From the IMG/VR virus record IMGVR_UViG_3300023297_000003: DNA of 64,000 bases, one strand, 5' to 3'. The notes below the pieces were generated by a model. It ran no database searches and was not told the DNA's origin. It was given only the letters and a program-made list of their open reading frames with translations. Shown one piece after another: positions 19,390-28,343 of the stretch. Position 1 is the first letter of the stretch; each line of letters starts with the position of its first letter. A program made the position numbers and the translations under genes. This DNA is from a virus. Taxonomy: Duplodnaviria > Heunggongvirae > Uroviricota > Caudoviricetes.

Positions 19390-19497
19390 TCTGAGCCTGC
19401 CGGGTGTAGGGTACAAACCCTTGTCCCCTTCTGTGTCAATCCTGAACTATTACCCACGGATAGGACGATGCGGAACAGCGAGGTAAGGTAGGGCTCA
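19390..19497 (+). ncRNA. Candidate ~110 nt structured RNA
   Basis: TGAGCCTGCC/GGTAGGGCTCA closing stem. Confidence 0.35.
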
Positions 19498-19501
19498 TTT
19501 T

Positions 19502-19585
19502 GCGAACGTGGTGAAGGGGTAGACACGCTGCGTTGAGGGCGCAGTCCTGCTTGACGGGGTGTGGGTTCGAATCCCATCGTTCGCA
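19502..19585 (+). tRNA. tRNA-Leu(GAG)
   Basis: Cloverleaf. Confidence 0.95.
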
Positions 19586-19589
19586 CTAT

Positions 19590-19678
19590 GGAGGGGTCGC
19601 CTAGTCAGGCTATGGGCATCTGCTTGGAAAGCAGACGTGGGTGCAAGTCCACCGGGAGTTCAAATCTCCCCCTCTCCG
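19590..19678 (+). tRNA. tRNA-Ser(GGA)
   Basis: Cloverleaf. Confidence 0.95.
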
Positions 19679-20130
19679 CTGTCCGTTGGTAACCAACCGC
19701 TGCTCAAGGTGGTCGCCATCTGCTGACGACCTTCAGGTGTGCTGGCGAGTTCCCGTAGGAAGGAGGGGCTAGCAAGAACTCTCGTCAAATCAATCTCCCA
19801 AGTCTTGTCAAGACACTGGAAACCAATTCGACGTGTTAGGACATTGTCCAGGGGTTCAATGGTTTTGTCCGAGTCATCAGACAAAACAAAGGCTTGGATC
19901 TGTACCAGCATGTCGGTCAGATCCTGATAGAGTCCCTCGTCCCCTCGGTAGATCTGATCGGACTCCAGGTAGATTTCTTGACCACGACAAACGGTCACCC
20001 TTCGGATCTGTCCCTTTGATGTTAGAGTCAGTCTTGCGATGGCTTCACCTTTTCGAAAGGGTTTAACCGCTGTGATGGTCCAACCAATAAGTTTTGCTAG
20101 GGCCTCAGCAGAGGGGTTTTTGATGCTCAT
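19660..20130 (-). CDS. Hypothetical protein
   Basis: AGGAG RBS before MSIKNP; TRRIGF..PEGR motif shared with 47714-48286. Confidence 0.6.
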   Translation of the reverse strand: MSIKNPSAEALAKLIGWTITAVKPFRKGEAIARLTLTSKGQIRRVTVCRGQEIYLESDQIYRGDEGLYQDLTDMLVQIQAFVLSDDSDKTIEPLDNVLTRRIGFQCLDKTWEIDLTRVLASPSFLRELASTPEGRQQMATTLSSGWLPTDSGEGEI

Positions 20131-20180
20131 GGTTTTTGTCCTCCTGTCCAACAATACCCCGGACAGGTGAATTCCTTTAC

Positions 20181-20254
20181 GGGTGCGTAGCTCTAACTGG
20201 TAGAGCATCGGATTCCAAATCCGAGGGCTGGGGGTTCGAATCCCTCCGCACCTG
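20181..20254 (+). tRNA. tRNA-Trp(CCA)
   Basis: Cloverleaf. Confidence 0.95.
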
Positions 20255-20270
20255 CTGGTGTTCTTTCTAT

Positions 20271-20406
20271 GGCGGCGTGGGCAAACTGGTAAAGCCACAA
20301 GACTTAATCTTGTTTCGTAAAACATCGTTCCACACCTCGGACCCTGTCATGGGGACCAAACTGGGGAACAAACACGCACCTGGAGGTTCGAGTCCTCCCG
20401 CCGCCA
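20271..20406 (+). ncRNA. tRNA-Leu-like chimera with Y-RNA-like stem in the variable arm
   Basis: Acceptor, D and T arms intact; shortened anticodon loop CTTAA; insert GTTCCAC-ACCTC-GGACCC..GGGGAAC-AAACAC matches the 62 kb motif. Confidence 0.75.
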
Positions 20407-20416
20407 CCCACCTTTT

Positions 20417-20489
20417 GCCGGGGTAGCTCAACTGGTAGAGCGCCAGACCGAAAATCTGGGCGTAGGCGGTTCGACTCCGCCCCCCGGCA
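20417..20489 (+). tRNA. tRNA-Phe(GAA)
   Basis: Cloverleaf (C33). Confidence 0.93.
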
Positions 20490-20496
20490 CTCTTTT

Positions 20497-20571
20497 GCCC
20501 GGATGAAGGGAATTGGCATACCTCTAGCACTTAAAATGCTGGGTTTGGGGGTTCGACTCCCCCTCCGGGTA
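20497..20571 (+). tRNA. tRNA-Leu(TAA), short variable arm
   Basis: Loop CTTAAAA; no long V arm. Confidence 0.85.
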
Positions 20572-20575
20572 CTAT

Positions 20576-20659
20576 GCCAGGATGGTGAAGTTGGTAGACA
20601 CTCCGGTTTTAGGGGCCGGTGGGCTTCGGTCCGTGCGGGTTCGACTCCCGCTCCTGGCA
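20576..20659 (+). tRNA. tRNA-Leu(TAG)
   Basis: Cloverleaf. Confidence 0.95.
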
Positions 20660-20665
20660 CTTTGT

Positions 20666-20692
20666 GGATCATCTCAGGTTCCCCCAGAGTAG
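20666..20692 (+). promoter_or_regulatory. Phage promoter GATCAT-N14-GAGTAG
   Basis: Exact motif. Confidence 0.7.
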
Positions 20693-20714
20693 ACCTTGTG
20701 AAAGGAGGACTGGG

Positions 20715-21425
20715 ATGACGGACAAAGACATGTACCCATCGGATGAACTTGGACTGCTCCTAGCGGAGATCGGACCTGGCCACCCGTTGGCTTTGCGCCT
20801 CCAACGGATTCTCACAAACATCCAAGACAGGAAGGAGATCACCCAAGAGTTCGATTTCCTCACCAGTGAGGGTGCAACTGTTCGTGTGCTCGAACACCCC
20901 TGTGGGGAACACAGATGGTTCTTCGATTACCGTTTCATAGGGGCACGGGATCAAAAGCGCAAACCCGAGTCCGTGGTGGAGTGGAAGTGCCTGGTGGATT
21001 ATCGGAACGGCGTGCTGCAACCGTCACTCCAGATCAGCATGAACATTACGATTCCCAAGCTACTGGGGAAAAGGTTCCTTTTCGGGCTGGACCTCTCGCC
21101 GGGGGCCAAAACGTATTTCAATTTCACCTACGAGATGTGTGACGAAGACACCTTCCGGCTCGTTGAGATCCAAAAGGGGGCCAGAACCGTCATGGACCTC
21201 CGACCAATGTGGGCCGAAGAGGGTGAGGGCTTGATCCAGCAGGTAACACCCCCCTTCCCCCTGGTTGTACAGGAACGGATCCAGCGAGAGTACGAGAGTA
21301 AGGACCGGAAAACAGGAGAGACCCAATGGCTGGGGCGTTTCCGTGTACCCTTCCCCTACCGGGATCAGGAAGCCGGAATTGAGAGTGTGCATCACATCTA
21401 TTTTTCAGACAGTATTGTCCGATAA
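20715..21425 (+). CDS. Hypothetical protein
   Basis: AAGGAGG RBS. Confidence 0.7.
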   Translation: MTDKDMYPSDELGLLLAEIGPGHPLALRLQRILTNIQDRKEITQEFDFLTSEGATVRVLEHPCGEHRWFFDYRFIGARDQKRKPESVVEWKCLVDYRNGVLQPSLQISMNITIPKLLGKRFLFGLDLSPGAKTYFNFTYEMCDEDTFRLVEIQKGARTVMDLRPMWAEEGEGLIQQVTPPFPLVVQERIQREYESKDRKTGETQWLGRFRVPFPYRDQEAGIESVHHIYFSDSIVR

Positions 21426-21429
21426 TTCC

Positions 21430-21514
21430 GCCAACGTGGTGAAATTGGTAGACATGCAGCACCCAAAATGCTGTGGGCTTTACGCTCGTGAGGGTTCGAT
21501 CCCCTCCGTTGGCA
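21430..21514 (+). tRNA. tRNA-Leu(CAA)
   Basis: Cloverleaf (C33). Confidence 0.93.
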
Positions 21515-21521
21515 CCTTTGT

Positions 21522-21548
21522 GGATCATTTCTGGTCCCATCCGAGTAG
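21522..21548 (+). promoter_or_regulatory. Phage promoter GATCAT-N14-GAGTAG
   Basis: Exact motif. Confidence 0.7.
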
Positions 21549-21681
21549 ACAGTGTGTGAACCGTTGTCCCGGAAGGGATGGCCTGACGTGCCCGTATCCC
21601 GAACTGGTCAAGACACGCAGGTCAAAAGAGGGTGGACAATATGGTTAGTCAGAATGAACACATTCTGGCCTTAGCGACCTT

Positions 21682-22761
21682 TCAGGTCGTGCAGGACCGG
21701 GGGACCATAGACTCCCCGACGGCCCGAGCAAGGATGTTCACGCTGCCAACAAAGTCGGCATCGGCGGCGTACCCACACCGCACGCACACGAACTTCTCAT
21801 TCACTCGGTTGGATCTAGCCCGATGAGTACAGGAAGGACATATCTGCGAGGTGTACGCTGGATTTACTTCCACCCGTCGAACACGGTTCAGACGGGCTTT
21901 CCATTCAATCCGGCGCAGCACGTAGGCGTATGTCCAGGGGGCCAGAGCCCTGCGAAAACTCTTACCTCGATTGGGTTTCTTTCCCTTCTTGAGGTTTGTC
22001 AATTTTTCGACGGCCACCAACTGCAACTTATCCCAAGGCAGTTGATTCAACGTCTCATCAATGTATTGATCCCGAGCCCGTCGAGCACGGAACTTGCCCT
22101 TAGAACCGTTCTTACATCGGCAAACACGTCGCACATACTTAGACATATCAGCGCCGTAGATCTTCCCATCGGAAGTGGCGATAAGCTTGTTCAATCCGAC
22201 ATCAATGCCCAAGACAGTTCCTTGCTCCTTGAGGGCAAGGTCCGGAAGCTCCACCCAGAGGGTTACGAAGTAGACCCCTGCTCGACATCCGATAGCACAT
22301 CCACCCTTCAGTTTCGCCCCCGGCATAATCAACAGCTTTCTGAGGTGTCTGGTGGCCTTGAGAGGTACATTGATACAGTGCCTTCTGGAGAGAGTCGAGA
22401 AACGCATCCACAAATCGAACTCACTCGTCTCGGTGGCTTCTGTTATGGCAGCAAGCTGCTTAGACAAAACCATTGCCCCAGAAAACGCAGGACAGGTGGC
22501 CAGATTCCCCGTTTGGGCAGCGCTTCTTCGTGTGGCCGCTACAATGCCGAGCGCCTGTTGGAGCGCATGCCCCCTCATCCGAAACGTCAGGTGACCAAGA
22601 GGAACGACGTCAGCGGTTGCTTTGTTAAGGCTACCGCCATAACTCCAGATGTGCTGAATATAGGCGTTGACGGTAGCACGGTAGCGGTCAAGAACGGCCA
22701 CGATCTTCGCCACTTTCGAGACGCTGGCAAACTTCAACGAGAGCTTGGTTGACGCAATCAT
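21682..22761 (-). CDS. tnpB: RNA-guided endonuclease TnpB
   Basis: GIDVGL, VEKL, PAYTSQICPSC, CVRC, DADFVGSVNI; start MIASTK after TTGACA-N17-TATACT. Confidence 0.93.
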   Translation of the reverse strand: MIASTKLSLKFASVSKVAKIVAVLDRYRATVNAYIQHIWSYGGSLNKATADVVPLGHLTFRMRGHALQQALGIVAATRRSAAQTGNLATCPAFSGAMVLSKQLAAITEATETSEFDLWMRFSTLSRRHCINVPLKATRHLRKLLIMPGAKLKGGCAIGCRAGVYFVTLWVELPDLALKEQGTVLGIDVGLNKLIATSDGKIYGADMSKYVRRVCRCKNGSKGKFRARRARDQYIDETLNQLPWDKLQLVAVEKLTNLKKGKKPNRGKSFRRALAPWTYAYVLRRIEWKARLNRVRRVEVNPAYTSQICPSCTHRARSNRVNEKFVCVRCGYAADADFVGSVNILARAVGESMVPRSCTT

Positions 22762-22986
22762 GGATAGAGTATATGCCGAAGAAATTGGTCTGTCAATTTT
22801 TGACGGGGAATTAAAAAAGAGGGTCAGGTTATGTCCATAAGGACCGGAAATGAAGGAACCTTTGCAACGCCGCAAGGCATGTTGGTGTCTCATACTCAAA
22901 GGCACAACACTAGTGGGTACTACTCGACGCCCAAACCCCTCGGATACGGTTGGAAGCCCGAACGGTTCACACTGATGGAGGTTCCA

Positions 22987-23201
22987 TGGCGAAACCAACG
23001 AAGAGGCAACGGGAACTGCGGGAAGCCGCTGACCGTTTCGATGCGTGGTTTGGCACGGGGACCGAAGGCTCCCGGTCATGTCGCCGGGGTGCCCGCCGGA
23101 TCGATGCAAGGAAGCGTGCCCAGTTCCACCACACGAGAGGAACATGGCGGGACGCAGTGAGAGCTTCACAGGAGGGATCATCTCCGTCCCCGTCCGAGTA
23201 G
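22987..23201 (+). CDS. Small basic hypothetical protein
   Basis: GGAGG RBS, MAKPTKRQREL. Confidence 0.5.
23175..23201 (+). promoter_or_regulatory. Phage promoter GATCAT-N14-GAGTAG
   Basis: Exact motif upstream of ncRNA/tmRNA block. Confidence 0.7.
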
Positions 23202-23254
23202 ACAGTGTGAGCCGTAACCCCGGAAAGGATGACATGACGAGGTGACTGTGTTAT

Positions 23255-23383
23255 GGGAAGGGTGGTCTAGTAGCCGAGTGGCTCCCGAGTAGCGCACTCA
23301 GGGGTTGCGGAGCAGGCAAGGACACTCGTTGGGGACCGGACAACCCTGCAGAGAGGTCGGTGGTTCAAATCCATCCCCTTCCC
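23255..23383 (+). ncRNA. tRNA-like RNA with expanded D loop and anticodon arm
   Basis: GGAAGGG/CCCTTCC acceptor, GGTGG-TTCAAAT-CCATC T arm, G-1:C73. Confidence 0.7.
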
Positions 23384-23395
23384 CTAGTGTTTGTT

Positions 23396-23847
23396 CTTTG
23401 AAGCATCGAACGGGAGTATTGACCGGAGTCCGACATAGCGCCGAAAGGAGCCGTGTGGGGTACTTGACAGCACCCGATTTACTTACTAAAGTTTAACTAT
23501 TCCTGCTTGAAACAGGAAGCTGTTGTGGCAGGGAGGCTCACGCTGATTGGGTGGGAGGTTCTGGTGTGCCCAGATGTTCTGGGGGTGAACACATTGGTAC
23601 TAACGATCACCCACGAGGCGTAAAACGAGTGCTGAGAGAGCGATTCCGTCTTCGACGGACCAGTTCCTTGGGATTCGGACGGCAAGAGCAACCGTCATCC
23701 GAGCCTTTACCGTTGGGCCGGAGGCTTACTACCGAGGCACTTGGGTTACCAAGGATCGGCACAGCTTCAAACTTGATGCCTGTTACATTAGCAGGTTTTA
23801 AGGAACGGTGAGGAAGTCAGTCGATATTCCCGTTCGGTGCTTCAGAG
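23396..23847 (+). ncRNA. Large (~450 nt) structured RNA, unassigned
   Basis: 28-bp terminal helix with 4 G-U wobbles; many internal hairpins. Confidence 0.7.
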
Positions 23848-23862
23848 TGTTCTTTGACTTTT

Positions 23863-24237
23863 GGGGGCGCACTGGTTTCGACTGGGAAGTTGGAAGCCGT
23901 TACTGCGTGCCAGCGGATGTCTCAAACCGCTGTGATCAAATGGGGCGACTTTTAATTGCCAACACTCCTGTTGCAATGGCTGCGTAAAAACCCCAGCCCG
24001 GAAGACCTGGAAAGATTGTGACCCGGACCCTTCCGCCGATTATTCGATCTGCTGCCTGAAGACCTGACCCACAGGGCTGAGGGAGACAAGACAAACGTGG
24101 GATGCCTAATGGACACTTCTGGCAAGGGTGATGTCCTGACTGGCGAGAGGGGGTGACCCCAAACACTCCGGCCAACGCATGTGTAGATGTAGCGAGTGAC
24201 CCTTCTCAGGACTTCGGTTCAATTCCGAACGCCTCCA
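23863..24237 (+). ncRNA. ssrA: tmRNA
   Basis: GGGGGCG..GGTTTCGAC 5' end, tag ANTPVAMAA* (23958-23987), T arm and CGCCTCCA 3' end. Confidence 0.95.
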
Positions 24238-24282
24238 CTAAGTACCTGATTTCATTGGCTTTTTTGCGCTGTAGGGGTCAAC

Positions 24283-24699
24283 ATGTCAAATCCGAGAGTG
24301 TTCCTGGGTGGCACCTGTGCCAAGGGCACATCGTGGCGGGAGAAACTGATCCCGCAGTTAATGATCCCCTACTTCAACCCGGTGAATCCCCATTGGGACG
24401 AGGCGGCTCGGCTCCGGGAGTTGGAGGAACGTGAGACCTGCGCCTTTTGCCTCTACGTCATCACGCCGAAGATGCAGGGGTTCTACTCCATCGCTGAGGT
24501 GGCAGACGATTCCAACAAGCGCCCGGAAAAGACGATCTTCTGCTTCCTCCCTGAGGACGGTGACGAGACCTTCACGAGGAAGCAGTTGTACTCGCTGAAG
24601 GAAGTCGGCAAGCTGGTCGCCAGGAACGGGGGCATCTGGGTCGAGTCCCTGGAGGCTGTTGCCGCAGTCCTGAACGGCACGAAGACGGATAGTAGCTGA
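24283..24699 (+). CDS. Nucleoside 2-deoxyribosyltransferase-like protein
   Basis: VFLGGT..WR..FNP..YSIAE motifs. Confidence 0.75.
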   Translation: MSNPRVFLGGTCAKGTSWREKLIPQLMIPYFNPVNPHWDEAARLRELEERETCAFCLYVITPKMQGFYSIAEVADDSNKRPEKTIFCFLPEDGDETFTRKQLYSLKEVGKLVARNGGIWVESLEAVAAVLNGTKTDSS

Positions 24700-24929
24700 T
24701 GTTCATCGATGTAGAGATCGCCTTTGACCCCAAAGCCCATGTGGGAGCTAGGGTTGCTCTGGACGACAAGGAGGGGACCATCACGGAGGGATCCGGTGCT
24801 GGTTTCACGGTAGAGTTCGATGACGGAACGACGTTGGTTACCCGATGGGCCGAATTGGCTGAAAGGGCACTACGCCCCGTTAGCTCAGTTGGCAGAGTAA
24901 CCCCTTCGATCTTTGCCGGGATCACCTAA
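24699..24929 (+). CDS. Hypothetical protein
   Basis: Coupled ORF. Confidence 0.5.
   Translation: MFIDVEIAFDPKAHVGARVALDDKEGTITEGSGAGFTVEFDDGTTLVTRWAELAERALRPVSSVGRVTPSIFAGIT
24874..24908 (+). pseudogene. 5' half of a tRNA (Thr-like), truncated in the anticodon loop
   Basis: GCCCCGTTAGCTCAGTTGGCAGAGTAACCCCTTCG then unrelated sequence. Confidence 0.75.
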
Positions 24930-24993
24930 TGAACCCCACACCCATTTGCATTTGCAGGGTGCTCGCCGTACACTAGGCACGGAGGGCAAAATT

Positions 24994-25617
24994 ATGGGTA
25001 TGACTCGTTCTGAAGCTGGTCGACTAGGGTACCAAAAAACGAAATCCACTATGCAAGCTCACCGGAACGAGGACACACGCAGGGCAAAACAAAAATGGGA
25101 AACCGAAAACAAGTACTGTCCCCAATGTGGTAAACGGATACCATATGAAAAACGGGCAAACTTGTTTTGCAACCATTCTTGTAGGGCTTCCTTTCACAAC
25201 AAGGGGGTACGTCGTCATGGGAAGGCCCATTTTTGCCTCTCGTGCGGCAAACCTGTACGGCGGAAATTCTGCAATAGACAGTGCCAGACCGATTTCAGGT
25301 ATCAGCGTGATGTGTCCTCCTGGTTGGCTGAAGAGATCACAGGCATCAAAGCATACGGTCACAGTGTGTGTCGGTTTGTGCGTAGATGGGTTCAGGAACG
25401 AGATGGAGTTAAGTGTTCTGTTTGTGGTCTCCAAAAGTGGCTGGGAGAACCTATCCCCCTCGTGTTGGATCACGTTGATGGTGACTTTTTAAACACCCGT
25501 CCAAAAAACTTACGTCTGGTTTGTGGTAACTGTAACATGCAGCTACCTACGTTTGCAGGTAGAAATCGTGGGAACGGAACCAGACCGAAAAGAATCTTTC
25601 TAACACGGCCCGAGTAG
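24994..25617 (+). CDS. HNH homing endonuclease
   Basis: Zn fingers; LVLDHVDG..NLRLVCGNC; stop lies inside the tRNA. Confidence 0.9.
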   Translation: MGMTRSEAGRLGYQKTKSTMQAHRNEDTRRAKQKWETENKYCPQCGKRIPYEKRANLFCNHSCRASFHNKGVRRHGKAHFCLSCGKPVRRKFCNRQCQTDFRYQRDVSSWLAEEITGIKAYGHSVCRFVRRWVQERDGVKCSVCGLQKWLGEPIPLVLDHVDGDFLNTRPKNLRLVCGNCNMQLPTFAGRNRGNGTRPKRIFLTRPE

Positions 25618-25678
25618 TGTAAAGGTAGCATTGTGGTCTCGTACTCCGCAGGTAGAGGTTCGAATCCCCTCTCGGGCT
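25608..25678 (+). tRNA. tRNA-Thr(CGT)
   Basis: Cloverleaf, loop CTCGTAC. Confidence 0.88.
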
Positions 25679-25713
25679 CTAATGGTTCTTAATCTTAAAC
25701 TGAGAGGTGGCCT

Positions 25714-25923
25714 ATGACATTGGAACTGGTACGGAACAAGGATCGGAAGTTTGGGGCCGATCCTGAGTTCCTGCGGCTCAAACTGGCAGACGGGGGCTTC
25801 CTCCTGTTCACCGAGGAACAGGTGGCCGACGCCAAGGCGAGGGCGGAAGCCAACCCCGAAGATTGCCTGGATGTCCGGGATGTCGTCAGCAACGATTTCT
25901 GGCGCTCTATCCTCGGTCTCTAG
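25714..25923 (+). CDS. Hypothetical protein
   Basis: GAGG RBS. Confidence 0.6.
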   Translation: MTLELVRNKDRKFGADPEFLRLKLADGGFLLFTEEQVADAKARAEANPEDCLDVRDVVSNDFWRSILGL

Positions 25924-25927
25924 TTAC

Positions 25928-25999
25928 GTCCCTGTAGTGCAGCGGTTAGCACGCTGGCCTTTCAAGCCGGTATCACGGGTTCAAATCCCGTCAGGGACA
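25928..25999 (+). tRNA. tRNA-Glu(TTC)
   Basis: Cloverleaf. Confidence 0.93.
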
Positions 26000-26009
26000 C
26001 TTTTGATCC

Positions 26010-26080
26010 GCCCCGCAAGCATTGTGGCGATGTACCGGCCTTGTACACCGGGGAGTAGGGTTCAAATCCCTGGCGGGGCT
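26010..26080 (+). tRNA. tRNA-Thr(TGT)
   Basis: Cloverleaf. Confidence 0.9.
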
Positions 26081-26250
26081 CTGGGGCGTTTACACTGATC
26101 CCTTAACCAGGGAGGGTGCCCTGACGGAAGAAGCCCACAGGGAGGCTGTCAGGACACCTTCGGGGCGCACGGGTACACCGTAGAGTTCTGCCCCCCGGAG
26201 TGTACCGCAGAGTCCTGCCCCAGTTGCCAGGATGCCAAGCCCTGCAACTA
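26081..26250 (+). ncRNA. Candidate structured RNA
   Basis: CTGGGGC/GCCCCAG closure with several long hairpins. Confidence 0.4.
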
Positions 26251-26287
26251 AGCTCTCTTCTCCCTTAGTTTTGATTCGATTAAATCA

Positions 26288-26359
26288 GCCGGAGTAACTC
26301 AGTGGTAGAGTAGTTGCATGGTAAGCAACAAGTCGAGGGTTCGACTCCCTCCTCCGGCT
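26288..26359 (+). tRNA. tRNA-Thr(GGT)
   Basis: Cloverleaf. Confidence 0.95.
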
Positions 26360-26363
26360 CTAT

Positions 26364-26438
26364 GTCCCTGTCGTCCAGCCAGGTCTAGGACACTGGTTTC
26401 TCATGCCAGTAACTCGGGTTCAAATCCCGACAGGGACA
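26364..26438 (+). tRNA. tRNA-Glu(CTC)
   Basis: Cloverleaf. Confidence 0.95.
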
Positions 26439-26493
26439 CTACGTTGCCCTCCTTCGGAGTAGATCTCAGTGAGACTATTTGCGGAGGTGTGGC

Positions 26494-26913
26494 ATGAGCG
26501 GTATTCGTGTGGAAAACGAGGACTGGTGGGGCACACACATGATGACGGTCCCGACTGTTCCCGAGACTGAAGCTTGGGCCTATCAGTATGGGAACCGGAG
26601 GTTCCGTGCCAACTTCGACTCCTTCGATGAGGCCGCATCGTACCTGATGCAAACCCCCGGTTTGATCGACGGCCTCATCGCCCCGTTCCAGGCGATCCTT
26701 CACAGCCGCAATGCCAAGGGCTGTGCGGAGTCCATGACGAAGGAAGCCGGGTTCTCTGTGTGGGCTGCAGATGGCCGCATCGTCCACAGGTTCCTCGTGA
26801 GGGACTTCAAGGACCGTTGTGTTGCCTACATGGATTACGAGGATGGGAGGAACGTTCTGGTTCGAGGGGACGTGGGCTGGAAGAAGGTCAGTCCCTCTAG
26901 AAACGGCCCTTGA
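26494..26913 (+). CDS. Hypothetical protein
   Basis: GGAGG RBS. Confidence 0.65.
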   Translation: MSGIRVENEDWWGTHMMTVPTVPETEAWAYQYGNRRFRANFDSFDEAASYLMQTPGLIDGLIAPFQAILHSRNAKGCAESMTKEAGFSVWAADGRIVHRFLVRDFKDRCVAYMDYEDGRNVLVRGDVGWKKVSPSRNGP

Positions 26914-27319
26914 CGGCGAGGCGGCAGCCCCACTCGGCTTTGACGATGTCTTTGATGATGTCAACATCCATCTCAGTGACACCCGCCGGAAAGACGATGG
27001 CTACAGTCACCCCGAGGCCGTCCTCCACCATTACGGGGTAGCGCTTGGTGTTACGCTCGCCTACCTCAGCGGACAGCAGTTCTTGTTCTACCCCCGGAGC
27101 GTCACGGGTTATTTGGAGGATTGCTTTTTTCACGGTATCGGCTGACTCTCGGTGAGACAACAACTCCCCGAGAGTCAGGATGGTATCACCCTGGTTACGG
27201 AGAACAGCATAACGAGTGCCAATCCCTTTGGCGGTCCTCTTCAGCAGGGGCACAAGGTGCTCCTGAAGCTCGGGGTGTGCCTTTGCCAACCGAACCACCT
27301 TTGCTCTCAGTGTACTCAT
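26897..27319 (-). CDS. Hypothetical protein with LRxxxVxLAxxHPE module
   Basis: MSTLRAKVVRLAKAHPELQEHLVPLLKRTA. Confidence 0.7.
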   Translation of the reverse strand: MSTLRAKVVRLAKAHPELQEHLVPLLKRTAKGIGTRYAVLRNQGDTILTLGELLSHRESADTVKKAILQITRDAPGVEQELLSAEVGERNTKRYPVMVEDGLGVTVAIVFPAGVTEMDVDIIKDIVKAEWGCRLAVKGRF

Positions 27320-27375
27320 CTGGAAACCTCCAACTGATAGGCACAAAGGAGTGGTTATAGGCAGCGTATTGATAC

Positions 27376-27465
27376 GGAGAGGTGTCCGAGTGGTTGAAGG
27401 TGCTGCTCTCGAAAGGCAGTGTGGGTGCAAATCCACCGGGGGTTCGAATCCCCCTCTCTCCGCCA
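27376..27465 (+). tRNA. tRNA-Ser(CGA)
   Basis: Cloverleaf with CCA. Confidence 0.95.
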
Positions 27466-27504
27466 TAGTCTCATTATAGGTCTTCCCCGAGTAGGGGGTG
27501 TCCT

Positions 27505-27816
27505 ATGGTACGACTTGTTCTCTTAGTGCTGTGTTTCTCCTTTGTGTGTTCTCCAGCAGCGGCGCAAAAGGAACCCCTTCCCGTGTCCGTGGTCATCGTC
27601 ATCCCTTGTGCGCCGCCCCCGGAACCAGGGGATCCGCCGGACCCCGACATCCAGAACATCCAGGAGCAATTCCAACAGGTCCAGATGGCCCTTGATGATC
27701 TGGACGCTCTTGATGATCTGGATGATTTCGACCCTCAGTTGGATGAGTGGGGCGAACAACCCGACGACCTGGATCTGTACATGGACGAGCAGGTTGATGC
27801 TCTGGGGGGTGACTGA
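27505..27816 (+). CDS. Secreted acidic protein
   Basis: Signal peptide ending AAA; D/E-rich. Confidence 0.55.
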   Translation: MVRLVLLVLCFSFVCSPAAAQKEPLPVSVVIVIPCAPPPEPGDPPDPDIQNIQEQFQQVQMALDDLDALDDLDDFDPQLDEWGEQPDDLDLYMDEQVDALGGD

Positions 27817-28343
27817 TGGCGCTGAACAAGAACGAACCTGAGTCCTGTGACTCCATCAACATCCCGACCAAGTCTGTGAAGAACATCGCCGCACTCGTAG
27901 CGGCTGTCCTTGCCTTGCTGGGTGTGGGTGGTCAGTACGCCGGGTTTGGTCCTAACAAGACCGTGGACCAGAGCCAGGTCGACCTGTCCGTCCGCTCTTA
28001 CATGGAGGAGTGCATTGAAGAGGCCATGGATGAGGTTGACACCAAGGTCGCCAAAGAATTGGAGATCGTGGCGGCCCAGAACTCCACGATGGTCCTCACG
28101 AACATAGGCATATCCCGGAGGGCCGTCGACACCAAGTTGGAACGGGAGATCGACAAAATGTCGGAACGGATCGCCCGGATCGTGGCTGTGGTCAAAACCG
28201 CAGTGGCAGGGGTAGAGAAGTCCGTGATCCTACAAATAGGCCAAACGAACAAGGACGTTGCTCGCCTCCTGGAGGAGAACAAAGACCTCAAGCTCCGGGT
28301 GAGAAAGCTGGAGGAGCAACTTCCGTTCTCACATAACCCATAA
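27816..28343 (+). CDS. Membrane-anchored coiled-coil protein
   Basis: One TM helix plus coiled coil. Confidence 0.65.
   Translation: MALNKNEPESCDSINIPTKSVKNIAALVAAVLALLGVGGQYAGFGPNKTVDQSQVDLSVRSYMEECIEEAMDEVDTKVAKELEIVAAQNSTMVLTNIGISRRAVDTKLEREIDKMSERIARIVAVVKTAVAGVEKSVILQIGQTNKDVARLLEENKDLKLRVRKLEEQLPFSHNP

Noticed and set aside
22762-23235. N-terminal extension of the 517-aa TnpB ORF
   Set aside because: It overlaps a TTGACA-N17-TATACT promoter and a + strand gene; the real start is near 22761.
23255-23383. tRNA-Sec
   Set aside because: No UCA anticodon; the apparent 8-bp acceptor is a 7-bp stem plus G-1:C73.
23396-23847. RNase P RNA or group I intron
   Set aside because: RNase P P4 signatures (5' GAGGAAAGUCC, 3' CGGCUUA) are not in the expected order, and there are no host exons.
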